A DNA stretch of 64,000 nt. Origin: Felis catus (Eukaryota). The notes beneath the pieces were generated by a model. It was not told where the DNA came from, did no database searches, and saw nothing but the letters and a program-made list of their open reading frames with translations. The stretch's first letter is position 1, and each line of letters starts with the position of its first letter. This document shows, piece after piece, positions 13,960-26,744 of the stretch. A program made the position numbers and the translations under genes. The stretch lies in NCBI RefSeq assembly GCF_018350175.1, contig NC_058368.1:223388001-223452000 (forward strand), given 5' to 3'.

Positions 13960-15290
13960 ACTGAGATAGAATTGACATATAGTATTGTATAAGTTTAAGT
14001 ATACAATGTGTTGATTTGATACACATATATGCAAAATGATTAGCATTATAGCATTAGTTAAAACCATGTCACATAATTACCATGTCTTTTTTTAAAAAAA
14101 TTAATATTTATTTATTTTGAGAAAGAGACAGAAGGTGAATGGTGGAAGGGCAGAGAAAGAGGGAGACAGACTCCAAAGCAGGCTCCAGGCTCTGAGCTGT
14201 GAGCACAAAGCCTGACACGGGGCTCGAACTCACTAACCGCGAGATCATGAACTGAGCGGAAGTCAGATACTTACCTGACTGAGCCACCCAGCTGCCCCTA
14301 CCATGTCTTTTCTGTGGTGAGAACATTGAAGGTCTGCTCTCCTAGCTTTCTCATACACAATACAGTATTGTTAACTATAATCGTTCTGCTGTGCATTAGA
14401 TCCCCAGAACTTACTCATACCTGGGAGTTTGTACTCTGACCATCACCTTCCCTTCTTCTGCACTCCTCGGTCCTGGGAATACCATTCATTCTACTCTGTG
14501 TTCTAAGAGTTTGACTTTTCAAAATTCCAGAAAAAAAAAGTGATATCATACAATATTTGTCTTTCTCTGCCTGGCTTATTTCACTGAACATAATGCCCTC
14601 AGTATCCATCTGTGTTATTACAAATAGTGGAATGTCCTTCTTTCTCATGGCTGAATACTATTCTTGTAGGGGTGGGGGAAGTGCAGTGGGTGTATATGTA
14701 CTTCCTTTATCCATTCATCTGTTAATGGACCCTCAGTTTGTTTTCATTTCCTGGCTATTGGGAGTAATTCAGCAATGAACATGGGGCTGAAGATAGCTCT
14801 TTGAGATAATGATTTCATTTCCCTTGGATTATATACCCTGAAATTGCTAGATCTTATGGTAGTTGTATCTTTTCACGTTTTTGAGGAAACTTCATACTGT
14901 TTTCCATAGTGGCTGCACCGATTTTCATTCCCACCAAGAATGCACAAGGGTTCTCTTTCCTCCACATCCTCCCCAATAACTGTTACCTCTTTTTTGTTTT
15001 TAATAATATCCATTCTAATAGGTGTGAGGTGATATCTCAGGGTGGTTTTGCTTTGCATTTCCCTGATGGTTAATGATGTTGAGCACCTTTTCATATACTT
15101 CTGGCCATTTGTATATCTTCTCTGGATAAAAATGTCTGATCAGATTTTGTTTTGTTATTGGTTGTGTGAATTTTTGATATGTTTTGGATATTAACACCTT
15201 ATCAGACATATAACTTGCAAAGATTTTGTCCTATTCCCTAGGTTGCCTTTCCATTTTGTTGATGGTTTTATTTGCTATGCAAAGGCCTTT
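13960..15290 (-). mobile_element. LINE-1 3' fragment (L1MA-like)
   Basis: [32 protein letters not shown] on the minus strand. Typical 3'UTR text (tacagtattgttaactata, cattagatccccagaactt). Confidence 0.85.
14090..14298 (-). mobile_element. Can-SINE inside L1
   Basis: TSD taccatgtcttt (14078-14089 / 14299-14310). Confidence 0.9.
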
Positions 15291-15605
15291 TATTGTGACG
15301 TAGCTCCTCTGGCTTATTTGTGCATTTGGTGTTGCATTTGTCCCAAAATATATTCACGAATACTCCATTTCTTGTCACTTTCACCAGCACCTGGTCCGTG
15401 CTGTCATCCTCAGTCAGCGTGTTACCAAAGCAGAAGTCTATCAGTTCTCCCTGCTTTCATTTTTGTTCCTCTACTTTCTGTTCTCAGTAATGAAATGGAC
15501 GTGATCCTTTTGAGATGTAAATCACTTATGATGCTCCCCTACTCAAAACTGTCCAGTTACTCTTTTTTCTTGTGCAGTGGTCCTCCATGATCTTCCTTCC
15601 AGTTA

Positions 15606-16046
15606 TAGTACCCCTACATCCATGGAGGATACATTCCAGTACCCCCAGTGGATATCTCGGAGAGTACCGAACCCTATATATACTATGTGATTTTTTATAC
15701 ATACATACGTGTAATAAAGCTTATAAATTAGGCACAAGGGATTAATCACAATAACTAATAGAACAATAATAACAAATATGCTATAATACAAGTTGCGTGA
15801 ATGTGGATATGGTCTCTCAAAAAATATCTTGTACTCTACTCACACTTCTTATCGTGATGTGGGAGGATGAAATGACTGCGTGAGGAGATGAACTGAGATG
15901 AACAACGTGGCCGTTGTGATGCATCATTAGGCTACTCTTGGTCTAGTGATGATACATCAGAAGGAGGATCATCTGCTTCTGGACCACAACTGACAGTGGC
16001 AACTCAAACCAGGGAAAGGGAAACCACAGAGAAGGGGAGACTACTG
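15606..16046. mobile_element. Tigger7/MER44-like non-autonomous Tc1/mariner DNA transposon
   Basis: Degenerate TIRs (tagtacccctacatccatgg / gaaggggagactactg) with TA flanks. Internal accgaaccctatatatactatg and tataaattaggcaca. Confidence 0.7.
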
Positions 16047-16279
16047 TATTTCTCTGATGTCTTCTACAACTCTCCTCTGTCCATGCAACTCTGGTCACAC
16101 TGGCTTCCTCACTGTTTCTGGAATCTGCTATTCATGTTCCTAACTTGACCCTCTTGCTTTTTCTGTTTTCCCTGACTATAATGCTCTTTCCTATAATATG
16201 AACTTGGCTTACTTACCTTACCTCCTTCAAGAATTTATTAAAATGTCATCTTTTTAATATGCCTTCTCTGATTCCTTTA

Positions 16280-16765
16280 TTAGACTTTATTGTTGCTATC
16301 ACAAATTACTGCAAAATTAATGCCTTAAAACAACACAAATTTATTTTCCACCAGTTTTATAGGTCAGAAGTTCACCATAGTTCTCACTGGTCTAAAATCA
16401 GGGTGTGAGGAGAGCTTCATTTCCTCTAGGGAACAGTCCATTCCTTGCTTTTCCCAGCTTCAAGAGGCCTCTCTTAGGTCTTGCATGATGATTTTTACAT
16501 TTTAGAACCAGCAATGAGGTGCTCACTCCTTCTCACACTTCCATTTTCTCTCCCTCTCCCAACCAGCTGGGATCAGGTCTTCCCTTGTAAGGACTCATGT
16601 GATCAGAATTGTCCCAGCTAGAGAAACCAAGGTAATCTCCCTGTCTTAAGGACCTTGACCTCAATCACATATGTGAAGTTCTTCTTACCATGTAAAGTAA
16701 CATATTCACAGGCTTCTAGAATAAAGACATAGATATCTTTGAGGGGCCAATGTCCTGCCTAGCAT
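16280..16765 (-). mobile_element. MLT1 LTR relic
   Basis: ttgctatcacaaattactgcaaa...ttaaaacaacacaaatttatt...aggtcagaagt...catgtaaagtaacatattcacagg. Confidence 0.7.
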
Positions 16766-19700
16766 ACTCCCTTATTTAATATTGGAATCTCTCTACACCT
16801 TCCCATTCACCTCTGATATTTCTTTCTCTCTCTCCTTTTTAAGTGGGGATCTTGTCACTTTCTAACACTATATATGTATGAATCTCCACGTTAGTGATGT
16901 ATTTAACTACTGAGTACCAGGACTAGAACATAGCAGATGCTCCAAAAACATTTGTTGGATATATACTTCTAATAGTGATTGCTAGATTAAATTATAATCT
17001 TACATTTTATTGTCAGATACATTTTCTAAATGTTTGAAGCCATTCCCATTTCAATTTTCCTTCCCTCCCCTTTCTCTATGCATCTTCTGCTTTCTGATTT
17101 GAACAAAGGGCTAAAATGAACAGTAATGACAGAGTTTTAATGGGGATGAAATGACAACCCCTGTGAATATGTGGATAGTGGTTTGGACCAGTATTTGGGG
17201 CCAGAATTGTACTAATGTTAGTACACTCTGAGATTTCTTTTTCTTTAAAACCAGCTTCCAGGGCCATCTCTTTCTCAGCTAGACCCTAATTGGCAGATGA
17301 AAGAACAGAGATTAACTCTGATATCAGAGAATAGGTCCTCCTGTGCCTCATATATCTCATTCCAACTTTAATCGATTGGCTAGTTTTTGAGGGTTTCCAA
17401 CACTTAAAAGTGAAATTCTCAACCACTGACTTACCTCCTGCAGTGCCCCAATATTTGGCACACCCAGATGGGGCTCTCTAGAGGATATCTGAAGGATATG
17501 GAATTATAGCAGCTCAGACTTCAGAGATATCTTATAGTTTTTTTATCTTGTACGTTAATACCCTTAATCTGGGGTTCAGGGGATATAATAAACACGTGCT
17601 GCCTCCTGTTCTTTTCCCTCTTCCTCCTCGTTCATTAGTTTCCTTCTCTGAGAATACTGATTAAGAAGTTAAAAGTGAAAAACTGAAATTCAACGGGAGG
17701 TTTTTACATGTTGGCAAAGAGCTCTGATGTTTCTAGTTCAACAACCACACCTATTTCCTTACTCTCACCTAACTTCTTAACCTTTTAATTAATTGACATT
17801 AGATATGTGGTTGAACAGAGTACTTCATCACTATTTCTAATGTAACTTTTTTGCATATTAATTGATGCATAGTTAAAGCTGATGGTTCTGTATTTTTCTT
17901 GCACAAGATAGATATGTTAGTTACCAAGAGACTAATATGATTTGAAATGTTTTTTCCTGTGTACGTCAATTATTTATTAACAGTTCAATTGAATTTTGTT
18001 TCATCTACTTATTGTTTAAAATATAACACGTTGTGGAATAAAGGGTGCATAATAAATTTTAATAATATGTATTTCATGTGATCCTTATATTGCATCATTT
18101 TATGTGTTGGAAAAAGAATCATAGTGGGATTACTATGCAATGTTTACTGCTGGCTTCCCCTGGAATGCTGTAAATATAACTTTCCTACTCATAAAAAAAT
18201 ACATAAAATATGTAGTTCAAAATATTATCGTTTTAAGTCAGTGACCTATCTTTTTAACGTGGCTTGAAGTCTTCACTAAAAGCAACTTTTGAAATTAATT
18301 GCTCTGCCATCATCTTCTTAACCTTTTAAAGTTATTCTTCCCTAAGGGATAGAATATTATCTTAGTGAAGAACTCTGTAGTTGGAGTGATAGCTATAAAT
18401 TTTTAGGTCCTGATCCGAATGTGGTCCGGGGTGAATAAATAGTTTTCCAGGGGGAACTCATGTGAGTCATATTAGCTTTCCAAGTGCCATAGGTTACTAC
18501 TTAACATAAGAAAGAGACAATTTATTAAAGTCATGCCAGAGAAGTGGTCATTTTGCTTTACTTGAGTGGTTTCATTTTCTTTCTTCATTCTCCTCCCCTT
18601 TTCTGTTTTCTAAAGAGTAGTTCATCAACCCTACTTTATTATGTGATCACATACGCGAGCATTGTCCCTTCTTGCTTTAGGACAACATTGCAACATCTGT
18701 CCTTCAGCATAAAAAATATCACTCACTTTGCAAAATCTCATGACTCGGAGAGTATACTCCTACCACTGTGTGTTATAAAACCCTGCCACTGTTTTCTCTC
18801 TGTTATTTCCAAACTGTCTGCCAAAAAGAGTTCAATACTGATGACTAACATCAACTTTGTCTCCCAAATATTTTTACATGTCAATGTACACTATGATGAA
18901 AATCTCTCTTAAATAGCATAAGAGCTAGCTCATCTTACAACATCATATTTTGCTGTTGCTAAGTCAGCTCCATGTCTATATCCAGAGTATTTCTACTGCA
19001 TGTGCCCTACTTCCGCTTCTTTCCTTTGATGCTTTATTGTTGCCCACACTCAGAGACAACACATTTCTCCCTTGGTTATCCATATTACTTGATTGTCTGC
19101 ATCAAAGAGCTTCCTGTCCCTATTTTAAGATTACGCCCACTACTACCACCATTCCTGCTCAGTCATTTCATTCATTCATTCATTCATTCATTCACTCACT
19201 GATGCATCATCTGTTGCTTTAAAAAAACGAATATAAAACATGCTTTTCCAGATATTAAAGCTCACTTATTAAGCTGATTTTTCTCTATAGCTGGTTTTTC
19301 TCTAAGGCTCCATCTCTGTTACAAAGGATGTATTCCCAACCAAACTGAACATTTGGAAATGGGTGTACGATAGATGAGGGGTCATCCTGAGAGTGGGTTA
19401 CTTTGTTGTTTCACAAATGGTGATCATCCTAATCATATAAGCTATTAATTTGCCTAAATGCTATTATAGTAGCTTCCCATCAGTGTTAACATAAAAACTA
19501 GTCATTCCAAGATTCAGCTAGGCCCGCTGAGAGATTTAAATACTCCATTATTGAAATGATTATCTGCATTATTTAAACACCCAAGATAAGCATTGTCAAC
19601 ACCTTATAAAATTCAAATACATGTTTGCAACATTTTAATGTAACTTCTACCATGTTATCAAATATTATAAATACTGCTAAATTACAATTCACTGATTTTA

Positions 19701-21964
19701 TTGCACGTCTATTTTCAAGTCAGACATAATTTCTGAAATATTTAGGCTAAGTTGTTTGTTAAATATAAACACTTTATGTGGAACCAGATTCAAGTCTTAA
19801 AATCTAAAGACATAAAATTACTGACATTTTCTCTCTTATCTGAATTGCTTACCACAACCTACATAAAGCATAGAGTGTGTTATATTTTTCATAGTGCTTT
19901 AAGTTGACAACTTTACTATTTCTTTTATATACTTTCATTGCAAGTCTACATATATAAGGCCATTCTTTAAATATGACCAACTTTTGTAATACAAACTTTA
20001 ACGCAACATAAAATAATATCAAAATAACCTAAGAACATAGAAGAATATAAAAATACATCCTGATGATAAAAGTCAATCATCACCATCGCTGTCTTTCTGA
20101 AATTAGATGGTAGAACTACAAGACATTTCCCCAAAAGGGTTTTAATTTCATTATATAGACTTGTAATTAATGTATAGTATAACAATAGCTAATAAGACTG
20201 TCTAATGTTTCACTTCATAACAAGAGAGTTTGAGAGAAGGTTTTAAAACCATTTGTTTAAATGAATTTGTTGCTCTGTTTGGGTCACGGATTAAAGCAAA
20301 GTTGGAGACTGAAACAGGCCACTCTGTTAATATTTTGCAGGTGTATCTGCTTCAGAAATGATATTTTTTTCTTCTAGATGCTAAAAAGATATGGCAAGAA
20401 ACCAAAAGAAATGACTAAATACATTTCCATCCATGCATGCAATTGTCTCCACGCAACTCATGCTGCATTCTTCTTTTAGTTGTTAATTTACTAATGAAGT
20501 GTGAATCTTTGAAAGCTGTGTTTTTCATACATTGCTAATGCATTTTTATTCGTCTTTATAAAAGCTCCAAAAAATCAGTTTTGAAAAGATAATGATTTAT
20601 GGAATCTTGCTAGGTGATTCCCATCAGAATTTGTCCCTGTTTACGCCTTATGTGTTTTCAAGAAAGATATAAGATTATTTGGGATATGCTACAATTTATA
20701 TTCAGTTGTCTTCCTTTTACCATGGAATAGTCCTTTTGTCATAGTTTATTATATTTTTCTATATTTTCTCTTTTTGAAAACGTCTTCTAAGGGTTCAGAG
20801 ACTTTAAAATAATCCTTGAAAATTTTCTCTTTATTATGGTAAGAAATCCAAAACTTAGGCGAACAAGGTTACATTTTTTCAATGTTTCCAAGTGTCACAA
20901 TTGAGCAAAAGGTGAGTAGTTGAGGTTAGGTTACCAGAAAGATGTCATATGAAGGATAACTTCAGATCTCTCAAGAGAAACAATTCTTCAAATAGATGTG
21001 TGAGATTTAAGAAAAATTGTGGTTATTTCTAGCTAGAAATATAACAATGGCACGTATGCAAAGATGGCAGAAGTTACAATAGATTAAGAAGTATGAATCA
21101 CATGCAGGTTAAAAGCATTTCCTGATGCTTAAATGACAAAAAAGTTGTTTATAATTATCTCAATATGTATTTACCTTTCTTATTAAATACTTCTTCGCTA
21201 GTGAAATGTTCCTTTTGTAGTATCTATTAGTATAATATTCCACTTTTATTTTAATAAATGAGAATTCATTAGTGTATTTCTATTAGTTAAAAATTAGGAC
21301 CATGTGTTGATTAAATCAAGCACTCCTATTTAAATTTTGAGTTAAAGTTTTATAATAATAATAAAAAAAATATTCTGTGTTTTCTTTCATTCTAAATCTG
21401 AACAATTAATCTGGAATATATGTATTTTTATTTTTTCACATTATAATATTAATTTCTCTGTAACAAATAAGTGCCTCTTTTGTGGAAGTTTTTAATAATT
21501 TGAGCTTCATCCTGCCATATATTCTTTTTTCTTTTTTTTTAATTTTATGTTTGAAATAAAATGCCAAACAATTAATATAAAAAGTCATTATTCCTGGAAG
21601 TATTGCGGGCAACAGTGATTTCCTGGTAATTTCTTTATCCAATTCTATTCTGTGTAGGTAATGCAGTGGTGATTTACTAGATGACATCAAGGGTTATTGT
21701 TTTTTTATTTAATTACTATTGCTTATTAATTTCTCTTAAATTGATTATTGGATTTCTTAGAAAGATCATGATAAAAGATATCTATATCAATACCAAGTAG
21801 AGAAAAACTGCAGAAAAGGAAATGATTATAGCACCATATGGTAGACTGTGAAGGTAAGAAAAGTTATAACCAAACTAAGTTCAAAATTATAGGTAATTTT
21901 CAGATAACATGACGTGAAGCTGGAATATAATTTCACGCTAAAGTATTTCATTTTTATTTGACAG

Positions 21965-22259
21965 TTGCACTCCAATTCTGACAAAGGCGATGGGTCTGTC
22001 AAGTACATCCTTACTGGAGAAGGTGCCGGAACTATATTTATCATCGATGACACCACCGGTGACATCCACTCAACGAAAAGCCTAGACAGAGAGCAGAAGA
22101 CCCACTATGTGCTTCACGCCCAGGCTATCGACCGACGAACAAACAAGCCTCTTGAGCCTGAATCCGAGTTCATAATCAAAGTACAAGACATCAATGATAA
22201 CGCTCCAAAGTTCACAGATGGACCATACATCGTTACTGTGCCTGAAATGTCAGATATGG
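21965..22259 (+). CDS. CDH18: Cadherin-18 internal coding exon (295 nt; EC1 and EC1-EC2 linker)
   Basis: Translates [98 protein letters not shown](G), with cadherin LDRE and DxNDN motifs. It matches the CDH18 sequence as I recall it. Acceptor tttttatttgacag ends at 21964; donor G|gtaaga starts at 22260. Confidence 0.95.
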
Positions 22260-22690
22260 GTAAGAAAAAACATTATTTGCTTTAGCAGTTAATATAGTTT
22301 TGAGAATCCAAATGATCGTCTTTTGAAAACCAGTTTTCAACTTTGTGTGTGTGTTTGTGCGTGGAGAAATCCGAAGAAATTTCGAAACATCTTAATATTT
22401 ACACGTGGCCTAAAATATTAAAGGATATTAGGTCTAGATGGTATGTTATTTATTAAAATTAATTTCTGAATGTTAAAGTAGAGGTAATGCTTAGGTATCA
22501 AGAAAACATCATTAATGGGGAGACATTGGCAATTCTTGCTTAATTGACAGGATTTTTTAGCCATGTAAATTCTTTATTTATATTGCTACAGAGATATCAA
22601 CATACTCAAGGTGACAATTTGCATAAATAAAAATAGACACTGTAATGTTTGAGATATTTTACTACATGTCTTTTAAGATTGCGGTTTATG

Positions 22691-22822
22691 GGGGGTGGAA
22701 GGGAGGGGAGGGTGGGTGATGGGTATTGAGGAGGGCACCTTTTGGGATGAGCACTGGGTGTTGTATGGAAACCAATTTGACAATAAACTTCATATATTGA
22801 AAAAAAAAGGAAATATAAAAAA
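22691..22822 (+). mobile_element. Young 5'-truncated feline L1 3' end (132 bp)
   Basis: G-rich tract, gatgagcactgggtgttgtatggaaaccaatttgacaataaa, then A tail. 16-bp TSD aagattgcRgtttatg (22675-22690 / 22823-22838). Confidence 0.85.
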
Positions 22823-24269
22823 AAGATTGCAGTTTATGACCCAATTATAACAGCATTAAAAGTGTAAGTAATAGCTACATTATTCAATAAAACTTTTTAG
22901 ATACTCATAAGCATTTACAAAGCTTATTTATCTTAAAATGTAAAACAACCCTTAAAGGATTTTTTCCTTTTTGCCTCTGATGTAGCTAGCAGTTGATGTC
23001 AGACACTTAAATCTTAGTTGCCATCAAGTGTAGACTCAGTTGAATCCATAGAAGTTTTGATCAGGGGCGAAGAGGAAATTGGATATTTTGAATGTTGACT
23101 GTGAGTTCTGCAGAAAATCTAAAATCGATCAGCCCAAAACAACCAGTTAGCTTCGCCAGGACTGGAGACTACAAGTCGTCAAAGCAGTTGTGGTAATGAT
23201 CACTGAAACAGCATCAAGGAGTATTTATTGAGCACTTACTATATGTCAGGCATTGCATGCCATGTGTAATAATTTCATGCTTGTATCATCATGGACAAGG
23301 GTGACATTGTGGTTCTCCTTTTACAGAGGATGAAATTGATACATAGAATTAAATAATTTGCCCAAGATCACATGGTTAGTAAGAAGTGAACCTAGAAAAT
23401 ATTTCTGAGCCAGACAGAGGTTCAGCTCTTAAGTTCCCAAATTTTTTTAATATAATTACAAATTTAAAACCTGGTTTAAGCTATTTATGGAATAAATATA
23501 AGAAAAATAGTGGATGTTCCAGAATCTGTATAGCTTATTGAGCCAGGGGTGGGGGTCTCCTTCTTGCCATATGGGGATAGATTTGATGTTATTTTGTTTT
23601 TGTTTAAAGGATTGGGTTCAGGGATGGCTACATACCATAAGGAGGAAAATTCATCCTAAATTGCCTGAGTAAGGGAATAGACATTTATTTATGGTAGAAA
23701 TCTAACCTTTAGGGAGTTCAACGAGAATATGCTTTTGAAAAAAAAATTCCCTAACACCTCCAAAATATGTACATTAGATACATATAGTGTGAATAAAGAC
23801 AACGGACAGTTTCCAGGGAGATATGTGTGCCAAAAGTTGAAAAATCTTTGTGACACAGATGGCTGGAGAGTGAAGCAAATGAAAGTGTCAAGAAATGGAA
23901 AGTAACCCCATTAACTGAGCTAAAGAGTGGGGCTCAGGTGGAGGACCAGATGTACTCGTGATGCTGACACAATTGAAATAGTGTGATTTTCTCCACACTT
24001 GAGGACAAGGTAAATGGGAAATAAATCAATGATTAAACTCTAAAAAACCTAAAACTTTGAATCTGCTAATGAAAACACAAGAACTAAAAAAAAAAAAAAA
24101 TTAAGAAGTAGACGAAGGACTTTTCAACGTAAGATAAGAATCCAATAATCAAGAAGACATGAATTTAAATGAATAAGCATTTGAAAACATAGCCATCAAA
24201 TAATAAAACTAATCCGAATCAAAAGAAAAATGAACTGAAATACTTAAAAACCTTCGTGGCATTCAGAGG

Positions 24270-25090
24270 ACTATTTTGTATTACATAAGAAGATTTTTTT
24301 AATAACAAAAAATTCATTAGAACCAAATAAGAAAATGGGGAAATCCCATTAGCAGGAGATTCACAAGAAAAAGAAACGTGTTAATTATCCACAGGAAAAT
24401 ACTCAAATTTCACTAGTAATTTAAGAAACCACAAAGGAGGAGGAGAAACCAATGTTCACCTACCAAAGTATGCAAGTCTGATAATTCACAAAGTTGTTAA
24501 AGTTGCAGGACTGTTAGCAGAAAGGTGAATTCCCATAGTTTGTTTTTTGTTGTTTTGTTTTGTTTTGTTTTGGATGGCAATTTAACAATATCTTTCAACA
24601 TTTTAAGGAGAACATATCCATTTGTTGGACAATCTCTATTACAGAGAACTATTTTATGGATGTGTTCACATGGTTATACAAAGATATATGTGAAAGGATG
24701 CCCATTATGGTATTATTCATAATAATACACTTAAGGTCCACTAATAAGGAAGTTTTCAAATCAATGACTATTCAAACATATACAGATTTCTTATGTAGCC
24801 TTAAAATGAATGAATTTGCCTGTATATATGTGCTGAAGATCTATATTGTTTTAGTGAGAAAAAAAAGTTTTCAGAAAGGCATGTGGAATAAGCTACAGTT
24901 TATTCTAGAAAATAAGGATGTGTTGTGCAGTATATGGGCACATAGGGCATATCTGAAAGAAACCCACATAGTGGTGAGGGTGATTACTTCTAAAAATGGG
25001 TTGTGGGCTTTATTTGCTATGAGAGTAATGCATTCTTCTTTATTAGAAACTACATATACATATAGATGTTATTTATAAAGTTATAATAAA
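24270..25090 (+). mobile_element. Very old LINE-1 3' fragment (L1ME-like)
   Basis: Degenerate ORF2 C-terminal/3'UTR motifs (aatactcaaatttcactagtaat, ttggatggcaatttaacaatatct). Confidence 0.5.
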
Positions 25091-25322
25091 AAATGAAATG
25101 CAGGCTTGTGATAAAAACATTTATGTTTAAAAACATTTATGGTGCCTGATAAAATCATTGTTTTTATCATATACTCATTACTTAATTTGTGGATCATCCT
25201 GTCATAAGAAAAAAAAATCTACTGTTTTGTATCTCTTTAATTCTTGAGAGAGAGAGAGAGGAAAGAAAGGCATTTTATGTGCTAAGAACTGATAGTGGCT
25301 GGTAATAAAATGTTAAAAAAAT

Positions 25323-25407
25323 GGAAGGAAGGAAGGAAGGAAGGAAGGAAGGAAGGAAGGAAGGAAGGCAGGCAGGCAGGCAGGAAGTCAGGAAGGAAGG
25401 AAGGAAG
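25323..25407. repeat. (GGAA)n(GGCA)n compound microsatellite
   Basis: Read directly. Confidence 0.95.
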
Positions 25408-26121
25408 TAGAAACAAGTCCTTAAATTTGAACAGGCTACAGACATATAAAATTTAAATATAGTGCTTGATTAGCAAAAATATAAGGGAACCATAAAGTGG
25501 AAAGTCCAGCTTGCAAACTTAGAGAAGACATCCTCAAATAATTTTACATAGTGTGCATGGGTTTGTAAATAGACAAGGAAAAAATTAAAAGGGCATTACA
25601 CACAGAAGACACAATAATGCAAAATACTCTTGACTCTTATCTTCCCTATGGGTTTATGGTCTACTTAGGGTTGTATGTGCACGTGCGTGAGTGTGTGTGT
25701 ATGTTGTTAAGGGGGAAATTAACAGGATTGTCGTACAAATGATGAATTCCTTTCACAGTGCAGCAGACTATGCTATGAGAATACAGAGAAGGCAGCACAA
25801 GAGACGTCCTGAGTGTGCAAGTATTTGTCAGATTACTGTTTCTTGTACATCTGTAGCACTAAGGGATGGTCAGGGAGCCCTCTGACTATGCTGTGTGCTA
25901 TGTGACCACTGAGCAAAGCATAATGTGGTTGCATGATTCTTGTCAGTGGGTAATAATCAGCAGACAAAGTCTACGGCATTCTGAGTGGTTTCATAAAGAA
26001 ATATACAAAACAAACTAGAGTGGTTGTCAATGCATGTTTTTCAATGTAATGTTTCTCTTTACCTCTTTGGTTTATATCGTTGAGTTTCAGCTATTATCTA
26101 GGGAATCATCTCTCTCTACAT

Positions 26122-26300
26122 CAGAGTTTTTCAACCTTGCCACTAATTGATGTATGAGACTGGATGATTCTTTGCTGTTCTGTGTATTGTAGGATATTCA
26201 GTGGCATCCCTGGCTTCCAAACTTTATATGCTTAGTACCCTCCCTTCTGTTACCACCATATCACAGTGTCTTTAGACATTGCCAAATGCTCTCAAATCCC
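26122..26300. mobile_element. MER20-like hAT relic
   Basis: gtttttcaaccttgccact...attctttgctgt...tgtaggat...gcatccctggc...agacattgccaaatg. Confidence 0.65.
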
Positions 26301-26509
26301 CCCTCTGGGGGGGGGGTACTTTTTTAAAGCATTTCAAAATAGAAACATGAATTGGAGAATATGATATTTGTTAAATTTATAGTCACTTCCAAAGAGACTC
26401 TCATATGGTTCAAATCATATATTTTCAATCATATTCATGTTCAAATCATATATTTTATGACCAAAAATGATTCTATCTGCTTAGGTCAACACTTTTCATG
26501 TTTTTTCCT

Positions 26510-26528
26510 TAAATGTTTATTTATTTAT

Positions 26529-26583
<55 letters not shown>

Positions 26584-26744
26584 CAAGCCACGGAGGGGCA
26601 GAGAGAGGGAGAGAAAATCCCAAGCAGGCTCTGTGCTGACAGCAGAGAGCCTGATGAGGGGCTCAAACTCACGAACCCTGAGATCAGGACCTGAACCGAA
26701 ATCAAGAGTCAGAGGCTTAACAGACTGAGCCACCCTGGAGCCCC
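26510..26744 (-). mobile_element. Can-SINE with expanded (GA)n
   Basis: Reverse complement SINE; TSD-like caNttttcatg. Confidence 0.9.

Noticed and set aside
22260..22285. ORF-track extension (GKKKHYLL) and 'M' start of the cadherin ORF
   Set aside because: The ORF starts at TTG (Leu) right after a splice acceptor and runs past the donor into the intron. It is an internal exon, not a standalone gene.
24560..25078. Longest ORF in the track (172 aa)
   Set aside because: Non-ATG start, no recognisable domain, and it lies in a degenerate AT-rich old L1.
26405..26460. Short tandem duplication gttcaaatcatatatttt
   Set aside because: An ordinary slippage duplication with no further structure.
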